A stretch of DNA of 62,864 nucleotides from Candidatus Woesearchaeota archaeon (GCA_016185625.1 JACPND010000019.1:1-62864), one strand, 5' to 3'. Numbered from the stretch's first letter, positions 35,080 through 44,548 are shown. Notes: generated by a model from the letters alone, not told the origin. Numbers and translations are program-made.

Positions 35080-35669
35080 TTTTTAGTCTCCTTCTTTGAT
35101 TCTGCTTTCGGTTCGGCTTTGGGCTCTGCTTTGGCTGCTTCTTTGGCTTCTAGCCATTCCAATTTACCGAGACCTTCTTGTCGCATGCTTAATCCGATTT
35201 TTGGATTATTTAAATCTTTGTAGCTGACAGCAATGATTCTCGCCTTGCATTTATCCCCCACTTTGATGCTCTGGCCAGTTTTTTTGCCCTGAAGCACCTT
35301 GTCTTTGCTGAAAGAGACGAAATCGTCCATCGACTGGGAGATATGTGCCATCCCTTCGCAGCCGCCTAAATCAAGGAACGCGCCAAAGTCGGTGATATCG
35401 CGTATTTTGCCGTACACGAGTTCATTTAATTCGGGCTTGAAGGTCAATAGTTCGAATTCAGTCTCATAAAAGCCAGCACCGTCGCCCGGAACAATGACGC
35501 CTTCTTTGATTTCTCCGGCGTCGATGACATTAACCACAAAACCGAGTTCTTTGGAGATATAGCCATCGTAGGCGGCGTGAATATTTTTCAGCACAGCCTC
35601 TCTTTTGGGAAGATTAAACATGGCTGGCGGTACACGGACGTGGTCTTTGACCTTAACGCGGTAGAACAT
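35076..35669 (-). CDS. rpoE: DNA-directed RNA polymerase subunit Rpo7 (E')
   Basis: MFYRVKVKDHVRVPP N-terminus and an S1 domain. TATA CCTTTATAAAC about 27 nt upstream of this ATG; the track's extension overlaps the MFS gene. Confidence 0.88.
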   Translation of the reverse strand: MFYRVKVKDHVRVPPAMFNLPKREAVLKNIHAAYDGYISKELGFVVNVIDAGEIKEGVIVPGDGAGFYETEFELLTFKPELNELVYGKIRDITDFGAFLDLGGCEGMAHISQSMDDFVSFSKDKVLQGKKTGQSIKVGDKCKARIIAVSYKDLNNPKIGLSMRQEGLGKLEWLEAKEAAKAEPKAEPKAESKKETKK

Positions 35670-35694
35670 TTTTATCTTGATTTTAATTGTTTGT

Positions 35695-36900
35695 TTATAA
35701 AGGTTGTGGTGGAACTTTTTGCAGCGCCAGATAGCCAAGGACTAATGTGATCCAGACAAAAATTAAAGCCGCATTGTACCCAAATCCGACAATCAGCCAT
35801 CCTGCCACCACCGGCCCAAATAATCCGGTAAACTTTCCCACAATCTGGCTATACCCAAAGAATTCTCCAGTTTTGCGTGTTGGAGAGAGCTGGATCAGTA
35901 AAGTCCGGGAGGTGCTAAACACGGCGCCAAAGGCGATGCTCCCCAGCAAGCCGGCAATCCAAAAGATAATCAGATCCTTAGAAAGCAGGAAAAGACTGAT
36001 TACCACGATCCACAAAAATCCGGCGAGGGACAATGATTTTTTGGCGCCGATTTTATCTGACAACCAGCCGAAGAAATACGCTCCCCCAGAGGCGCCCAGT
36101 GATTGGAAGGCAAAGAGGAGCATGAAACCAGCTAGTCCAATTCCAAATTCTTTCTTGGCGAAGAGAAAGAAAAAGACATCAATCGCCGCCAAGGCATTGG
36201 CAAAGAGAAAGGTGGAAATGGCAAAAGGAATGATGCCGGGAAGTTTCTGGACGTTCTTCAGAGTGAGGTAGATTTTTTTGTACAGAGTGGTGATGGAAAA
36301 TAACGTGGAGGTCGTTCTGGTATCTTTGATGATGAAAAACAGGGGAAGCGAAAAAATAAGAAAAAAAGTCGCCATGACCGGGAACGTTGCTTTGACTCCA
36401 GAAAGAGTTTCCAGATTTTTTCCCTCTGCAAAATAGAGCAGTGTGAGATAGGTCGCTCCCAGGCTGAACATCGTTCCCAAAAAACCAACGGCCATGCCGA
36501 TGCCGGATATTTTCCCGAGTTCTTTGGGCCGGGCAATGAACGGAAGAAGAGAGTTATACGCCGTTAAGGCAATGTTGTAAAGAATGATGATCAAGGCGGT
36601 CATGATAAGATTGGTGCTCAGGCTGAAGAGCGGAATAAGAGCGATGAGGAGGACGGAGAGCAATGAACTTACGATAATGATAGGCATTCTTCGGTTAGCG
36701 GCGTCGGCGTAGGCGCCGAAGGCAGGAGCAGTAAAGGAAACAAGCAACAAGGCAATTCCCACGGTCAATCCTAATTGAAATTCATTGCCGCCGAGAAAAG
36801 AAACGACTAATAACGGCCAGAAGATGGTGCGAAAGGGACTGGTGAACGCAGTATTGGCGAAGTCGTACAGGCTCCAGGCGAGCACTTCTTTTTTGGACAT
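35695..36900 (-). CDS. MFS transporter (UMF1/Atg22-like)
   Basis: N-terminus LAWSLYDFANTAFTSPF and 12 hydrophobic segments. Confidence 0.7.
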   Translation of the reverse strand: MSKKEVLAWSLYDFANTAFTSPFRTIFWPLLVVSFLGGNEFQLGLTVGIALLLVSFTAPAFGAYADAANRRMPIIIVSSLLSVLLIALIPLFSLSTNLIMTALIIILYNIALTAYNSLLPFIARPKELGKISGIGMAVGFLGTMFSLGATYLTLLYFAEGKNLETLSGVKATFPVMATFFLIFSLPLFFIIKDTRTTSTLFSITTLYKKIYLTLKNVQKLPGIIPFAISTFLFANALAAIDVFFFLFAKKEFGIGLAGFMLLFAFQSLGASGGAYFFGWLSDKIGAKKSLSLAGFLWIVVISLFLLSKDLIIFWIAGLLGSIAFGAVFSTSRTLLIQLSPTRKTGEFFGYSQIVGKFTGLFGPVVAGWLIVGFGYNAALIFVWITLVLGYLALQKVPPQPL

Positions 36901-36984
36901 ATAAAGAGTAAATTCTTACTGTTTTTAAAGATAATTGATTACTGGCAATTTGCAAAAGTTCTTATATAAAATTTGATGGAAAAT

Positions 36985-39090
36985 TCACCTCACCGGCGCG
37001 CCATCTACGACATCCCGAACAACCACATCCTCATTGACACTCGCTAACTTCTTGCCATCAAACATCACCCGACAGCCGCGTACCAGCATCTGCAACTTCT
37101 TGAACTCCTCAAACGTCACTTCCTTTTTACAGTTTTCCATCCCCGTAAAACACGCCTCTTTTCCTATTGGCGTCTTCTGCACTTCCAGCAGACCGACGTT
37201 CTGTCCGTCATCCGCCACTAAAATCATCGCTTCGCTCAGCTCCCCGCGAATCTTGGCTGGTTTCATGTTGGCGCAGAACACCACTGTTTTATTCAATAAC
37301 GATTTCGCCGGCAAATATTTTTTCAGCCCCGCCACCACCTGCCGTTTTCCTTTCTCACCCAGATCCACGCTCAATACATACAGTGAATCAGCATTTGGAT
37401 GATCTTTCACATCAAGAATTTTACCCACCGTCAATTGTAGGGGAAATACTGCCTGCGACGGCACTTTCTCGATTTTCTGCACGACCATTTCCGGCTGCAC
37501 AATCTTCCCTTTCCAGGAAAAATCAACGCTGCCCCAGGACCATTTCTTTTCGCCAAACGCTGTTTGTAGCTTCATCGAAAATTCCGGCAGGATCGGGCTT
37601 ACGACCATCGCCAGATTCCGCACCAGATTCACGCACCAGCCGACAGCAGCCTTGGCTTCCTTGCTGTCTTTATTTTTCCAGACTTCCGCCTGCTGGAAAT
37701 AACTATTGCCCTGATCAGAAATCTGCAGGACAGTCTTCACCGCAGACTTGAAATCCTGTTGTTCATAATGGCGTTTAACCAGATCAATCAACTTCAAGAT
37801 TTCTTTCTCGTGTTCTTTCTCCACCGCAATCATCCCCACTTTTCCATAATTTTTCGCCGCAAAGCTGAGTACCCGATAGCAAAAGTTCCCTAGATTGCCC
37901 ATCAGCACATTATTGGTCACGGCTTTGAAATCCTCAAAATTCAAATCCACGTCCACGACCGATCGATCGAGATGGCTGGCATAATAAAACCGCAGCGCTT
38001 CTGCCGGATACAATTTCAAAAAGTCCTTCGCGGTGAAGAAGGTGCCGCGAGACTTGCTCATCTTCTCGCCATTCACAGTGATGAAGCCATGCACGGTTAA
38101 TTTGGGAACGGGAATGTTTACGGCCATTAACAACGCTGGCCAGAACAAAAAGTGGAAATACGAAATATCCTTGCCGATGAGATGATAGACTTGACCTTTG
38201 TGCCAGTAGTCTTTCCAATTGCATTTTCCAGATTTCCCTGATTCACAGTAATTTTTCGTTGACGAGATGTATCCGATCGGCGCATCCAGCCACACATAGA
38301 AATATTTCTTTTCTCCGCATTCTTTCTCAGAATCCGGAATCACAAACCCAAAGTACGGGCCATCACGGGAAATGCACCAGTCTTCCAATCCTTTCTCCAT
38401 CCAGCCATTGAGCCAATGAAGAACTTCCGGCTGCAATCCTGAATCTGGCGACTTCATCCATTTCTTCAGCTTGTCGGCAAAGGCGCTCAGCCGGAAAAAA
38501 TAATGCTCGCTTTCCTTCTGGTTCGGAGTCCGTCCGCAGAGCGAACATTTGGGATTGATCAAATCTACTCCTTTCAGCGCATTCCCGCAGTTCTCACAGA
38601 CATCACCGTATTGTTCCACTGCCGAGCACAGAGGACAGGTTCCGCGCACAAATCTATCCGGCAGCGAGCGGGCACAGTACGGGCAGTAGATTACTCTTAT
38701 TTTTTTTCGATAGATGTACTTTTTTTTCTTCAGTTCTGCAAAAAAATATTCTGCCAATTCCCTGTTTTCCGGGGAATGTGTTTTGTAATAATTGTCAAAC
38801 AGGATAAAGAATCTCATAAAGTCTTCCTGATGCTCTTTCCAATATTCCAGTGCGAATTTCTCCGGTTCTTTCCCGGCTTTCTGTGCATTGACTTCTACCG
38901 GAGTTCCGTGCATATCTGAGGCGCAGATGTAGAGGGCATCTTTTCCTGTCAATTTCAGAAACCGCGAAAAAATATCCGCTTGGATATATTCCAGCAGATG
39001 GCCGATGTGGATGGAGCCGTTGGCGTAGGGAAGGGCGGCGGTGACGATGATTTTTTCTGAGTTTTTATCGGAGTTCGTTTTTCGTGGCAT
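36985..39090 (-). CDS. metG: methionyl-tRNA synthetase with C-terminal tRNA-binding (EMAP/Trbp111-like) domain
   Basis: HIGH-type motif SIHIGHLLEY, KMSKSRG, four-Cys knuckles, C-terminal KHPNADSLYV. Confidence 0.93.
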   Translation of the reverse strand: MPRKTNSDKNSEKIIVTAALPYANGSIHIGHLLEYIQADIFSRFLKLTGKDALYICASDMHGTPVEVNAQKAGKEPEKFALEYWKEHQEDFMRFFILFDNYYKTHSPENRELAEYFFAELKKKKYIYRKKIRVIYCPYCARSLPDRFVRGTCPLCSAVEQYGDVCENCGNALKGVDLINPKCSLCGRTPNQKESEHYFFRLSAFADKLKKWMKSPDSGLQPEVLHWLNGWMEKGLEDWCISRDGPYFGFVIPDSEKECGEKKYFYVWLDAPIGYISSTKNYCESGKSGKCNWKDYWHKGQVYHLIGKDISYFHFLFWPALLMAVNIPVPKLTVHGFITVNGEKMSKSRGTFFTAKDFLKLYPAEALRFYYASHLDRSVVDVDLNFEDFKAVTNNVLMGNLGNFCYRVLSFAAKNYGKVGMIAVEKEHEKEILKLIDLVKRHYEQQDFKSAVKTVLQISDQGNSYFQQAEVWKNKDSKEAKAAVGWCVNLVRNLAMVVSPILPEFSMKLQTAFGEKKWSWGSVDFSWKGKIVQPEMVVQKIEKVPSQAVFPLQLTVGKILDVKDHPNADSLYVLSVDLGEKGKRQVVAGLKKYLPAKSLLNKTVVFCANMKPAKIRGELSEAMILVADDGQNVGLLEVQKTPIGKEACFTGMENCKKEVTFEEFKKLQMLVRGCRVMFDGKKLASVNEDVVVRDVVDGAPVR

Positions 39091-39142
39091 GGTCTTTCCA
39101 AAAAGCTATGATTTTATAAACGTTACGAGGAAATTTAATAGG

Positions 39143-39190
39143 GGTTGGGTCTAAATCCCCACAGCAAGCTGTGGGGATTTAGACCCAACC
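39143..39190. repeat. 48-nt perfect palindrome (23-bp arms, 2-nt loop)
   Basis: GGTTGGGTCTAAATCCCCACAGC-AA-GCTGTGGGGATTTAGACCCAACC, located about 25-70 nt upstream of the metG TATA. Confidence 0.8.
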
Positions 39191-39553
39191 AAAATTAATG
39201 CCATATTCAAATGGCTTGATATCAAAGAGATTCCAATTTTTCTTCAATTCTTTGGTCTGCTCCAGAATATACTGAAGGGCATAAACAATCAAACCTATTT
39301 GTTATGCCCTTCATATATAGTGGCGGAATTATTTGTTCGAATATTAATGGCCGCCACTATATATCCTGCCACTTGGTCAGCCGATACGTGTCCAGCAGTA
39401 CCACAATAATATCCTGTTGCCCAGGAATCTACGGACCTAGCCACAGCGTAGTCCGGAGAGGTTCAATTAACTTTTCAGACAAGACGGAGGTATGAAGAGT
39501 TACAATTCTAATTTCAGCACCAGAACAGAAGAAAAAAACCAAACCTAAACCCC

Positions 39554-40021
39554 TTAATCCTTCCCTTTTTTCTTCTTCCCCTTCTTTGCCATCTCTAACC
39601 ACTTTCCGGCATTCTCATCATTGACAAAGCGATATATTTCGCCTTTGTATTCCAGTTCGACCACATCTTCAACATTCAACAACGGTTCGCCGGTCAACGC
39701 ATCTTTTCCTAATTGACCGCCATCATGGGCACCTTCCATAAAACCTTCTTCCCAAGTGTCGATTTCATCATCCTCTTCGAGAAGTTCACGGCCTTCTTTT
39801 TCATAAATATCCTCGTTCTTCTTCCCGGTTTTCATGTCTTGTTCGATTTCTTCACTGGTCTCTTCCGGAAGGATGCCCTGCTCATTATCAGGATAGACTT
39901 CAGTAAGAGCTTCTTCTTCCTTCGTCTTAGGCAGAGACGGCGTAGGAACTGTCGTTGGTTTGTTAAGGATAGGACCTGCTTTCTTGGCTGCCGTCGCTAT
40001 CCTTGCCTTTTTTTTGACCAT
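39554..40021 (-). CDS. hypothetical acidic protein with lysine-rich termini
   Basis: 155-aa ORF, E/D-rich centre, K-rich ends. No motif recognised. Confidence 0.45.
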   Translation of the reverse strand: MVKKKARIATAAKKAGPILNKPTTVPTPSLPKTKEEEALTEVYPDNEQGILPEETSEEIEQDMKTGKKNEDIYEKEGRELLEEDDEIDTWEEGFMEGAHDGGQLGKDALTGEPLLNVEDVVELEYKGEIYRFVNDENAGKWLEMAKKGKKKKGKD

Positions 40022-40106
40022 GACAGAAGGAATTTTTTAGGCTTTAAAAGGATTGTGGTTATGAACTGGATAAAGATATTTAAGGCGGTGGCGTCTGCAC
40101 TTAGGG

Positions 40107-40802
40107 ATGGGTCTCCATAACCTGCTTTGGGACGAACTCCTGGCAGTGAGTGAACAGGTTAGCAATCATCTTGAGATGCTTCAGCAACCACCACCCTTAC
40201 ACTCACCGTCGCCAGCGCCAGCTACGAGCTTGCCTCTAGTGGTTCTGCTTCACGGCTATTTGGTAGGAAGCCCGTCGTTGAGAGGGATGAGCCGGTATCT
40301 AGCTAAGAATGGTTTTACCGCCATCCGGGAGAAATATCCATTCTGGCAGGATTTAGAGAAAAGTGAAGAACAGCTCCGGGAACGAATGGAGGAGCATTGC
40401 CAGCGGGTCGGCCGCAAAGTAGATATTATCGGCCATAGTCAGGGCGGCTTGCTGGGGTTTGGTGTGGCGAGAAGGCATCCTGATTTAGTAGAGCGAGTAG
40501 TTGCCTTGGGAGCGCCATTCCGGGGAACGTACACGGCTTATCTGCATTATCCTGTTCCCAGTGCGCGGCAGATGGTTCCGGGAAGCAGTTATTTGCAGGA
40601 ATTAGCGGAGCGGGATTTTCCGGAGGAAGTGCAATTTTACTCTGTGTATTCACCATTGGATCCGGTTGTTTTTCCGCCATGGAATGCAAAATTACCGGAA
40701 GCGAAGAATGTGCACACCATTCCCGTAAGGAATGTAAGCCATGGTGGTTTGACGCGCAAGAGATGTTATGGTTTGCTGGTGGAATTGTTGAGAGGAAGGT
40801 AG
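40107..40802 (+). CDS. alpha/beta hydrolase (lipase/esterase-like)
   Basis: VVLLHGY and the nucleophile elbow IIGHSQGG. Confidence 0.75.
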   Translation: MGLHNLLWDELLAVSEQVSNHLEMLQQPPPLHSPSPAPATSLPLVVLLHGYLVGSPSLRGMSRYLAKNGFTAIREKYPFWQDLEKSEEQLRERMEEHCQRVGRKVDIIGHSQGGLLGFGVARRHPDLVERVVALGAPFRGTYTAYLHYPVPSARQMVPGSSYLQELAERDFPEEVQFYSVYSPLDPVVFPPWNAKLPEAKNVHTIPVRNVSHGGLTRKRCYGLLVELLRGR

Positions 40803-40810
40803 CACTTCAC

Positions 40811-41012
40811 TAATATAGCTAATGTGTCAAATATTCGAAAATATCGATAATTCTGTTAAATCAAATAAGCAGAAATCTCCAAGATTCATCTTTGGAGATG
40901 AATGCTAGTGAAGGAGCAAGGCAACTCACGAACGAAGTGACTTGAATTATTTATGTCCTTTGGTATAGTTGATGCAATCACCAGAATGATCTATAATTCA
41001 CAATTACTATAC
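40811..41012. repeat. MITE-like element, TAATATAGCTAATGT...AATTCACAATTACTATAC family
   Basis: Both ends match 49619..49774 (28 nt and 20 nt). The ends are imperfect inverted repeats of each other. Confidence 0.55.
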
Positions 41013-41126
41013 TTCTTTTTGTAGAATTCACACTGCAAAAAATCAGCTGACTGAGCGGCCAAGATGATTATCATCTCTTTTTGGGATTAGTGCCTGTGGG
41101 AAGTTTGTAGAAAGTCGATAAAAACA

Positions 41127-41134
41127 TTTATAAA
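41127..41134 (+). promoter_or_regulatory. orphan consensus TATA box (AAAACATTTATAAAG) with no ORF at the expected +32
   Basis: Perfect consensus. The next credible ATG (rps2) is 237 nt downstream of the predicted start site. Confidence 0.45.
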
Positions 41135-41395
41135 GAGCCTGCCTTTTTCTTTCTTAAAGCCAATCTTGGCTCGTTGTAGAGCCGGGAGAGCTGCCTGAGG
41201 CAAAAAATAGGGCAGACAGATGATTATATTCTCTGTTTGGCATCTATTTCAGGATAAACAACAAGGAGGTCGAACTGTGAGTTAGTGAGACTGAGCAACG
41301 AAGCTGCGAAGTCGCACCTCGCTCCTAACGAAAACCAGCGGGTTTTCGGGAGGTTCCGAAAATATCGATTTTCGTTACCAGTTGGCGAAAGAACT

Positions 41396-41998
41396 ATGGT
41401 CGAACAAGAAACATTATTAATCGATTCCAATGAATATTTGAAAAGCGGCGTCCATATCGGGACGAAGTTCAAGACGAGATACATGGCTAATTTTATTTAC
41501 AAGACTCGTCCGGATGGATTGAGCGTCTTGAATCTGAAGAAGATCGATGAGAGGATTTCCATGGCCGCTAAAGTGCTGGCGCAGTACGAACCGCAGGATA
41601 TTGTTATAGTGAGCCGTCGGGAGAATGGATGGAGAGCATTAAAGTTATTGAATAAACTGCTGGGAATGCGCGTGTTCTCCGGACGATATCCACCGGGCAT
41701 CGTCACCAATCCTGATTTGGAGACGTTTTTTGAGCCGAAGATCATGGTGGTATGCGATCCCTGGCCGGACAAGAATGCGGTGGAAGATGCCGTTCGTATC
41801 GGCATTCCGGTGATTGCCTTATGTGATACCAACAATCAGTCTAATAATATTGATTTGGTGGTGCCCTGCAACAATAAAGGGAAAAAATCTGTGGGCATTG
41901 TCTTTTATCTGATGGCGCGGGAATACATGCGCAAGAGAGGACTGTTAACCGGTGACGCAGAAATGCCAGCGAAGATGGAAGATTTCATGGAGGAGTAA
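41396..41998 (+). CDS. rps2: 30S ribosomal protein S2
   Basis: LKSGVHIGTKFKTRYMANFIY..RPDGLSVLNL and VVCDPWPDKNAV..IPVIALCDTN. Confidence 0.9.
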   Translation: MVEQETLLIDSNEYLKSGVHIGTKFKTRYMANFIYKTRPDGLSVLNLKKIDERISMAAKVLAQYEPQDIVIVSRRENGWRALKLLNKLLGMRVFSGRYPPGIVTNPDLETFFEPKIMVVCDPWPDKNAVEDAVRIGIPVIALCDTNNQSNNIDLVVPCNNKGKKSVGIVFYLMAREYMRKRGLLTGDAEMPAKMEDFMEE

Positions 41999-42124
41999 TT
42001 TTAATATCTTTTTTTCAGGAGATTTTACTTGTATCCTGTAATATATATTTCAGAGAATTTTATCTGGCCTCCCAGCATCCAACCAGACCAACGCTATTAC
42101 TTTATTACAAGACTCCAAGAAAAT

Positions 42125-42316
42125 ATGAACAGGATTCTCGACCTGAGGAGAGGTCCACTCAAAAGAAGCACTAAAGTATGGGTATGCCTCTACTACGGCG
42201 ATGAGACCAGAAAGCTGTGTTTTTGGACGTACAATAATTGCGGGGAATTATATCTCAACAGGAAAAAGGAAAGATTTAACAATCATCTTAAACTAAGAGA
42301 AGATAATGAGATATAA
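42125..42316 (+). CDS. hypothetical 63-aa protein
   Basis: ATG-initiated part of the TTG-started track ORF. Overlaps the pth2 start by 11 nt. No motif. Confidence 0.25.
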   Translation: MNRILDLRRGPLKRSTKVWVCLYYGDETRKLCFWTYNNCGELYLNRKKERFNNHLKLREDNEI

Positions 42317-42650
42317 ACAAGTGATCTTAATAAGAAAAGACATCAAACTGCCGGCCGGAAAAGCCTGTGTACAAGCAGCGCACGCTTCCGTCGAAGCCGT
42401 TCTCAAATCCGATAAAGACGTCATCAAAGCCTGGCGCAGCGAAGGCATGCCTAAGATTGTGGTCAAAGTAAAAGACGAAAAAGAATTATTGTTATATTAC
42501 CAGAAAGCTAAGGATGCCGGACTGACTGCCGCTCTGATTGCCGATGCCGGAAAAACAGTGATTGCTCCAGGAACGAAAACTTGCGTCGGCATCGGTCCGG
42601 ATGAAGAAAAGAAGATTGATCAGATATCTGGCACGTTGCCGTTATTGTGA
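42306..42650 (+). CDS. pth2: peptidyl-tRNA hydrolase, archaeal Pth2 type
   Basis: KQVILIRKDIKLPAGKACVQAAHAS...DAGKTVIAPGTKTCVGIGP. Confidence 0.9.
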   Translation: MRYKQVILIRKDIKLPAGKACVQAAHASVEAVLKSDKDVIKAWRSEGMPKIVVKVKDEKELLLYYQKAKDAGLTAALIADAGKTVIAPGTKTCVGIGPDEEKKIDQISGTLPLL

Positions 42651-42654
42651 AAAC

Positions 42655-42662
42655 CTTTATAA
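42655..42662 (+). promoter_or_regulatory. TATA box (ACCTTTATAAAT) 31 nt before ATG 42686
   Basis: Consensus match. Confidence 0.55.
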
Positions 42663-42685
42663 ATAACCTGCCTTCTCAACGTCTC

Positions 42686-42994
42686 ATGAAAGTTCCTAAA
42701 ACCGTTCATCGTTTCTGCAAATACTGCAGGAAACATACCGAGCAGAAAGTTTCGCAAAACAAAAAGAAAGCTGCTTCCTCATTAAGCCACGGCTCAAAAG
42801 TCCGGGCGCGTCTGCGGGGTCAGGCACGAGGCTTTGGCAACCTGGGCAGATATTCCAAGCCTGCAGTCACCAAATTCAAGCGCTCCAACGCCAAAAGCAC
42901 CAAAAAAACTGATTTTCGCTACACCTGCAGTGTCTGCCATAAAATGAACTTGCAGCGTGAAGGCATTCGTGCTAAAAAAGTGGAGTTCATCTAA
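42686..42994 (+). CDS. rpl44e: 50S ribosomal protein L44e
   Basis: [12 protein letters not shown]...YTCSVCHKM zinc motif and basic composition. Confidence 0.88.
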   Translation: MKVPKTVHRFCKYCRKHTEQKVSQNKKKAASSLSHGSKVRARLRGQARGFGNLGRYSKPAVTKFKRSNAKSTKKTDFRYTCSVCHKMNLQREGIRAKKVEFI

Positions 42995-42995
42995 C

Positions 42996-43178
42996 ATGAG
43001 ATCCAACCTTCCCAAAAGCCGGTTCATCAAAGTGCGCTGCAACAAATGCAAGAACGAGCAGATTATTTTCGGCTGCGCCTCGACCTTCATCAACTGTCTC
43101 GTCTGCAACAAGGAAGTCGCCTTTCCTACCGGCGGCAAGGCGAAGATTGCGGCGAGGGTCTTGGAAGTGTTGGAATAA
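42996..43178 (+). CDS. rps27e: 30S ribosomal protein S27e
   Basis: [32 protein letters not shown] (C4 ribbon). Starts 1 nt after the L44e stop. Confidence 0.88.
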   Translation: MRSNLPKSRFIKVRCNKCKNEQIIFGCASTFINCLVCNKEVAFPTGGKAKIAARVLEVLE

Positions 43179-43186
43179 AAATTCTC

Positions 43187-43534
43187 GTAATACTTCAGCT
43201 TCTTGAAGTTAGAAGCTCTGCTATCTTCTCGCTTTTGAAGTGTAAGTCGAGAGCAGACGCAAGAAGGGAGCGTTGCAAGACGGGATAGGTTTCCCGTCTG
43301 CACAGGAAAGAAATCGTTGTTTCTTTCCTTGTGTCCCTTCTGCGCCGAAGGGGAATTCCCTTCGTGCGTTCTCCGTAAGTCTAGTCACTCCGCTTTGCTC
43401 CGTTCGTGTCAAGTCACTAGCGTTCGTGAGTTACCTAACGGTAACAGTTGCTTGTCAGCAACAGACGACCCTCTTGTCGGCTTGATGTATCTATTGAGAA
43501 AGCGCGACTGAGGATAGCAGAGCTTCAGAAAGCT
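43187..43534. mobile_element. MITE (GTAATACTTCAGC family, long copy) with 8-bp target-site duplication, inserted between rps27e and the aIF2alpha gene
   Basis: AAATTCTC at 43179-43186 and 43535-43542. 13-nt perfect terminal inverted repeats. No credible ORF. Confidence 0.8.
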
Positions 43535-43558
43535 GAAGTATTACAAATTCTCTAAACA

Positions 43559-43566
43559 TTTATAAA
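43559..43566 (+). promoter_or_regulatory. TATA box (AACATTTATAAAT) 32 nt before ATG 43591
   Basis: Consensus match. Lies just downstream of the MITE duplication. Confidence 0.6.
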
Positions 43567-43590
43567 TGGCGTTCCTTAAAAAACCTTAAA

Positions 43591-44370
43591 ATGCTCTACA
43601 AACGCACGGGAATGCCGGAAGAAGATGAAATCGTGTTCTGCAAAGTCAGCAAAATCTTTCCTAACTCTGTCTTCGTCGACCTTCTTGAATTCGGCACTCA
43701 GGGCATGATTGACATCTCCGAGATTGCACCTGGAAGAATCCGCAACCTTCGTGATTTCGTCACCCAAGACCGCCAGATCGTCTGCAAAGTGCTTCGCATC
43801 GACCAGCGCCAAGGTCATATTGATCTCTCGCTGCGCCGTGTCAATTCACACGAACGCGCGGGAAAATTAGAAGAAATAAAACAAGAGCTCAAAGCGGAAG
43901 CCTTAGTCAAAAGCCTTTCCGAAAAACTCAAAGTCACTTTCCCTGAATTATACCAAAAAATCTCTCCCCCCATTTTCAAAGAATTCTCCCATCTCTATCT
44001 CTGCTTCAAGGAAGTAGTCGCTGGCGCCGTCGACCTCCAAAAAATCGGCATCGAGCAAAAGATTGCGCAGGAATTGACTACTGCAATCATCGACAAATTC
44101 AAGCCGCAAAAAATAGCCATTGGCGGTGAAATAAAAATGCAGACGTACGCCAGCGATGGTGTCGATAAAATTCGTTCCACCCTGCTGGTCATCGAAAAAA
44201 TATCCTCCACGATCGCCCTGTTCTATCTTGGCGGCGGCCGGTATAAGCTCACCATCGAAGACGTCGATTACAAACCGGCGGAACAAACGCTCGACAAAAT
44301 AGTAAAGATTCTGGAAAAATTCAACGACAAGCAGTCCACTGCTTCCTTTGAGCGGGAGAAAAAAGAATAA
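43591..44370 (+). CDS. eif2a: translation initiation factor 2 alpha subunit
   Basis: N-terminal S1 domain (PEEDEIVFCKVSKI...GMIDISEIAPGRIRN...) and 259 aa. Confidence 0.9.
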   Translation: MLYKRTGMPEEDEIVFCKVSKIFPNSVFVDLLEFGTQGMIDISEIAPGRIRNLRDFVTQDRQIVCKVLRIDQRQGHIDLSLRRVNSHERAGKLEEIKQELKAEALVKSLSEKLKVTFPELYQKISPPIFKEFSHLYLCFKEVVAGAVDLQKIGIEQKIAQELTTAIIDKFKPQKIAIGGEIKMQTYASDGVDKIRSTLLVIEKISSTIALFYLGGGRYKLTIEDVDYKPAEQTLDKIVKILEKFNDKQSTASFEREKKE

Positions 44371-44540
44371 TGGTCCACATCCGGAAATGTCTCAGCTGCC
44401 AGAAATATACCCTGCAAGAGCAGCATTGCAACACTTCAACTATCCTGCCTCGCCCGCCGAAGTTCTCGCTTCAGGACAAATACGAATCCTATCGCCGGGC
44501 CGTCAAGAAAAAAGAATTACAAGAGAAAGGCCTCTATTAA
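44370..44540 (+). CDS. nop10: H/ACA RNP protein Nop10
   Basis: Not in the track (56 aa): MVHIRKCLSCQKYTLQEQHCNTSTILPRPPKFSLQDKYESYRR.... ATG overlaps the eif2a stop (TAATG). Confidence 0.88.
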   Translation: MVHIRKCLSCQKYTLQEQHCNTSTILPRPPKFSLQDKYESYRRAVKKKELQEKGLY

Positions 44541-44548
44541 GTGCTGAA

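Noticed and set aside
41285-41395. GTG-initiated N-terminal extension of rps2. Similar extensions were seen at 35670-35738 (Rpo7), 42647-42685 (L44e), 42957-42995 (S27e), 19820-19849 (LSm) and 11380-11448 (surface protein).
   Set aside because: The conserved protein N-termini start at the internal ATGs. The extensions overlap upstream genes or promoters.
42029-42124. TTG-initiated start of the 95-aa track ORF upstream of pth2.
   Set aside because: It has a non-ATG start and no promoter at the right distance. Only the ATG-initiated 63-aa part was kept, at low confidence.
25890-44370. Possible stop-codon reassignment, prompted by the in-frame stops.
   Set aside because: Conserved genes end at the expected lengths on all three stops: gatE on TGA, the aIF2alpha gene and rpl44e on TAA, and rpl37e on TAG.
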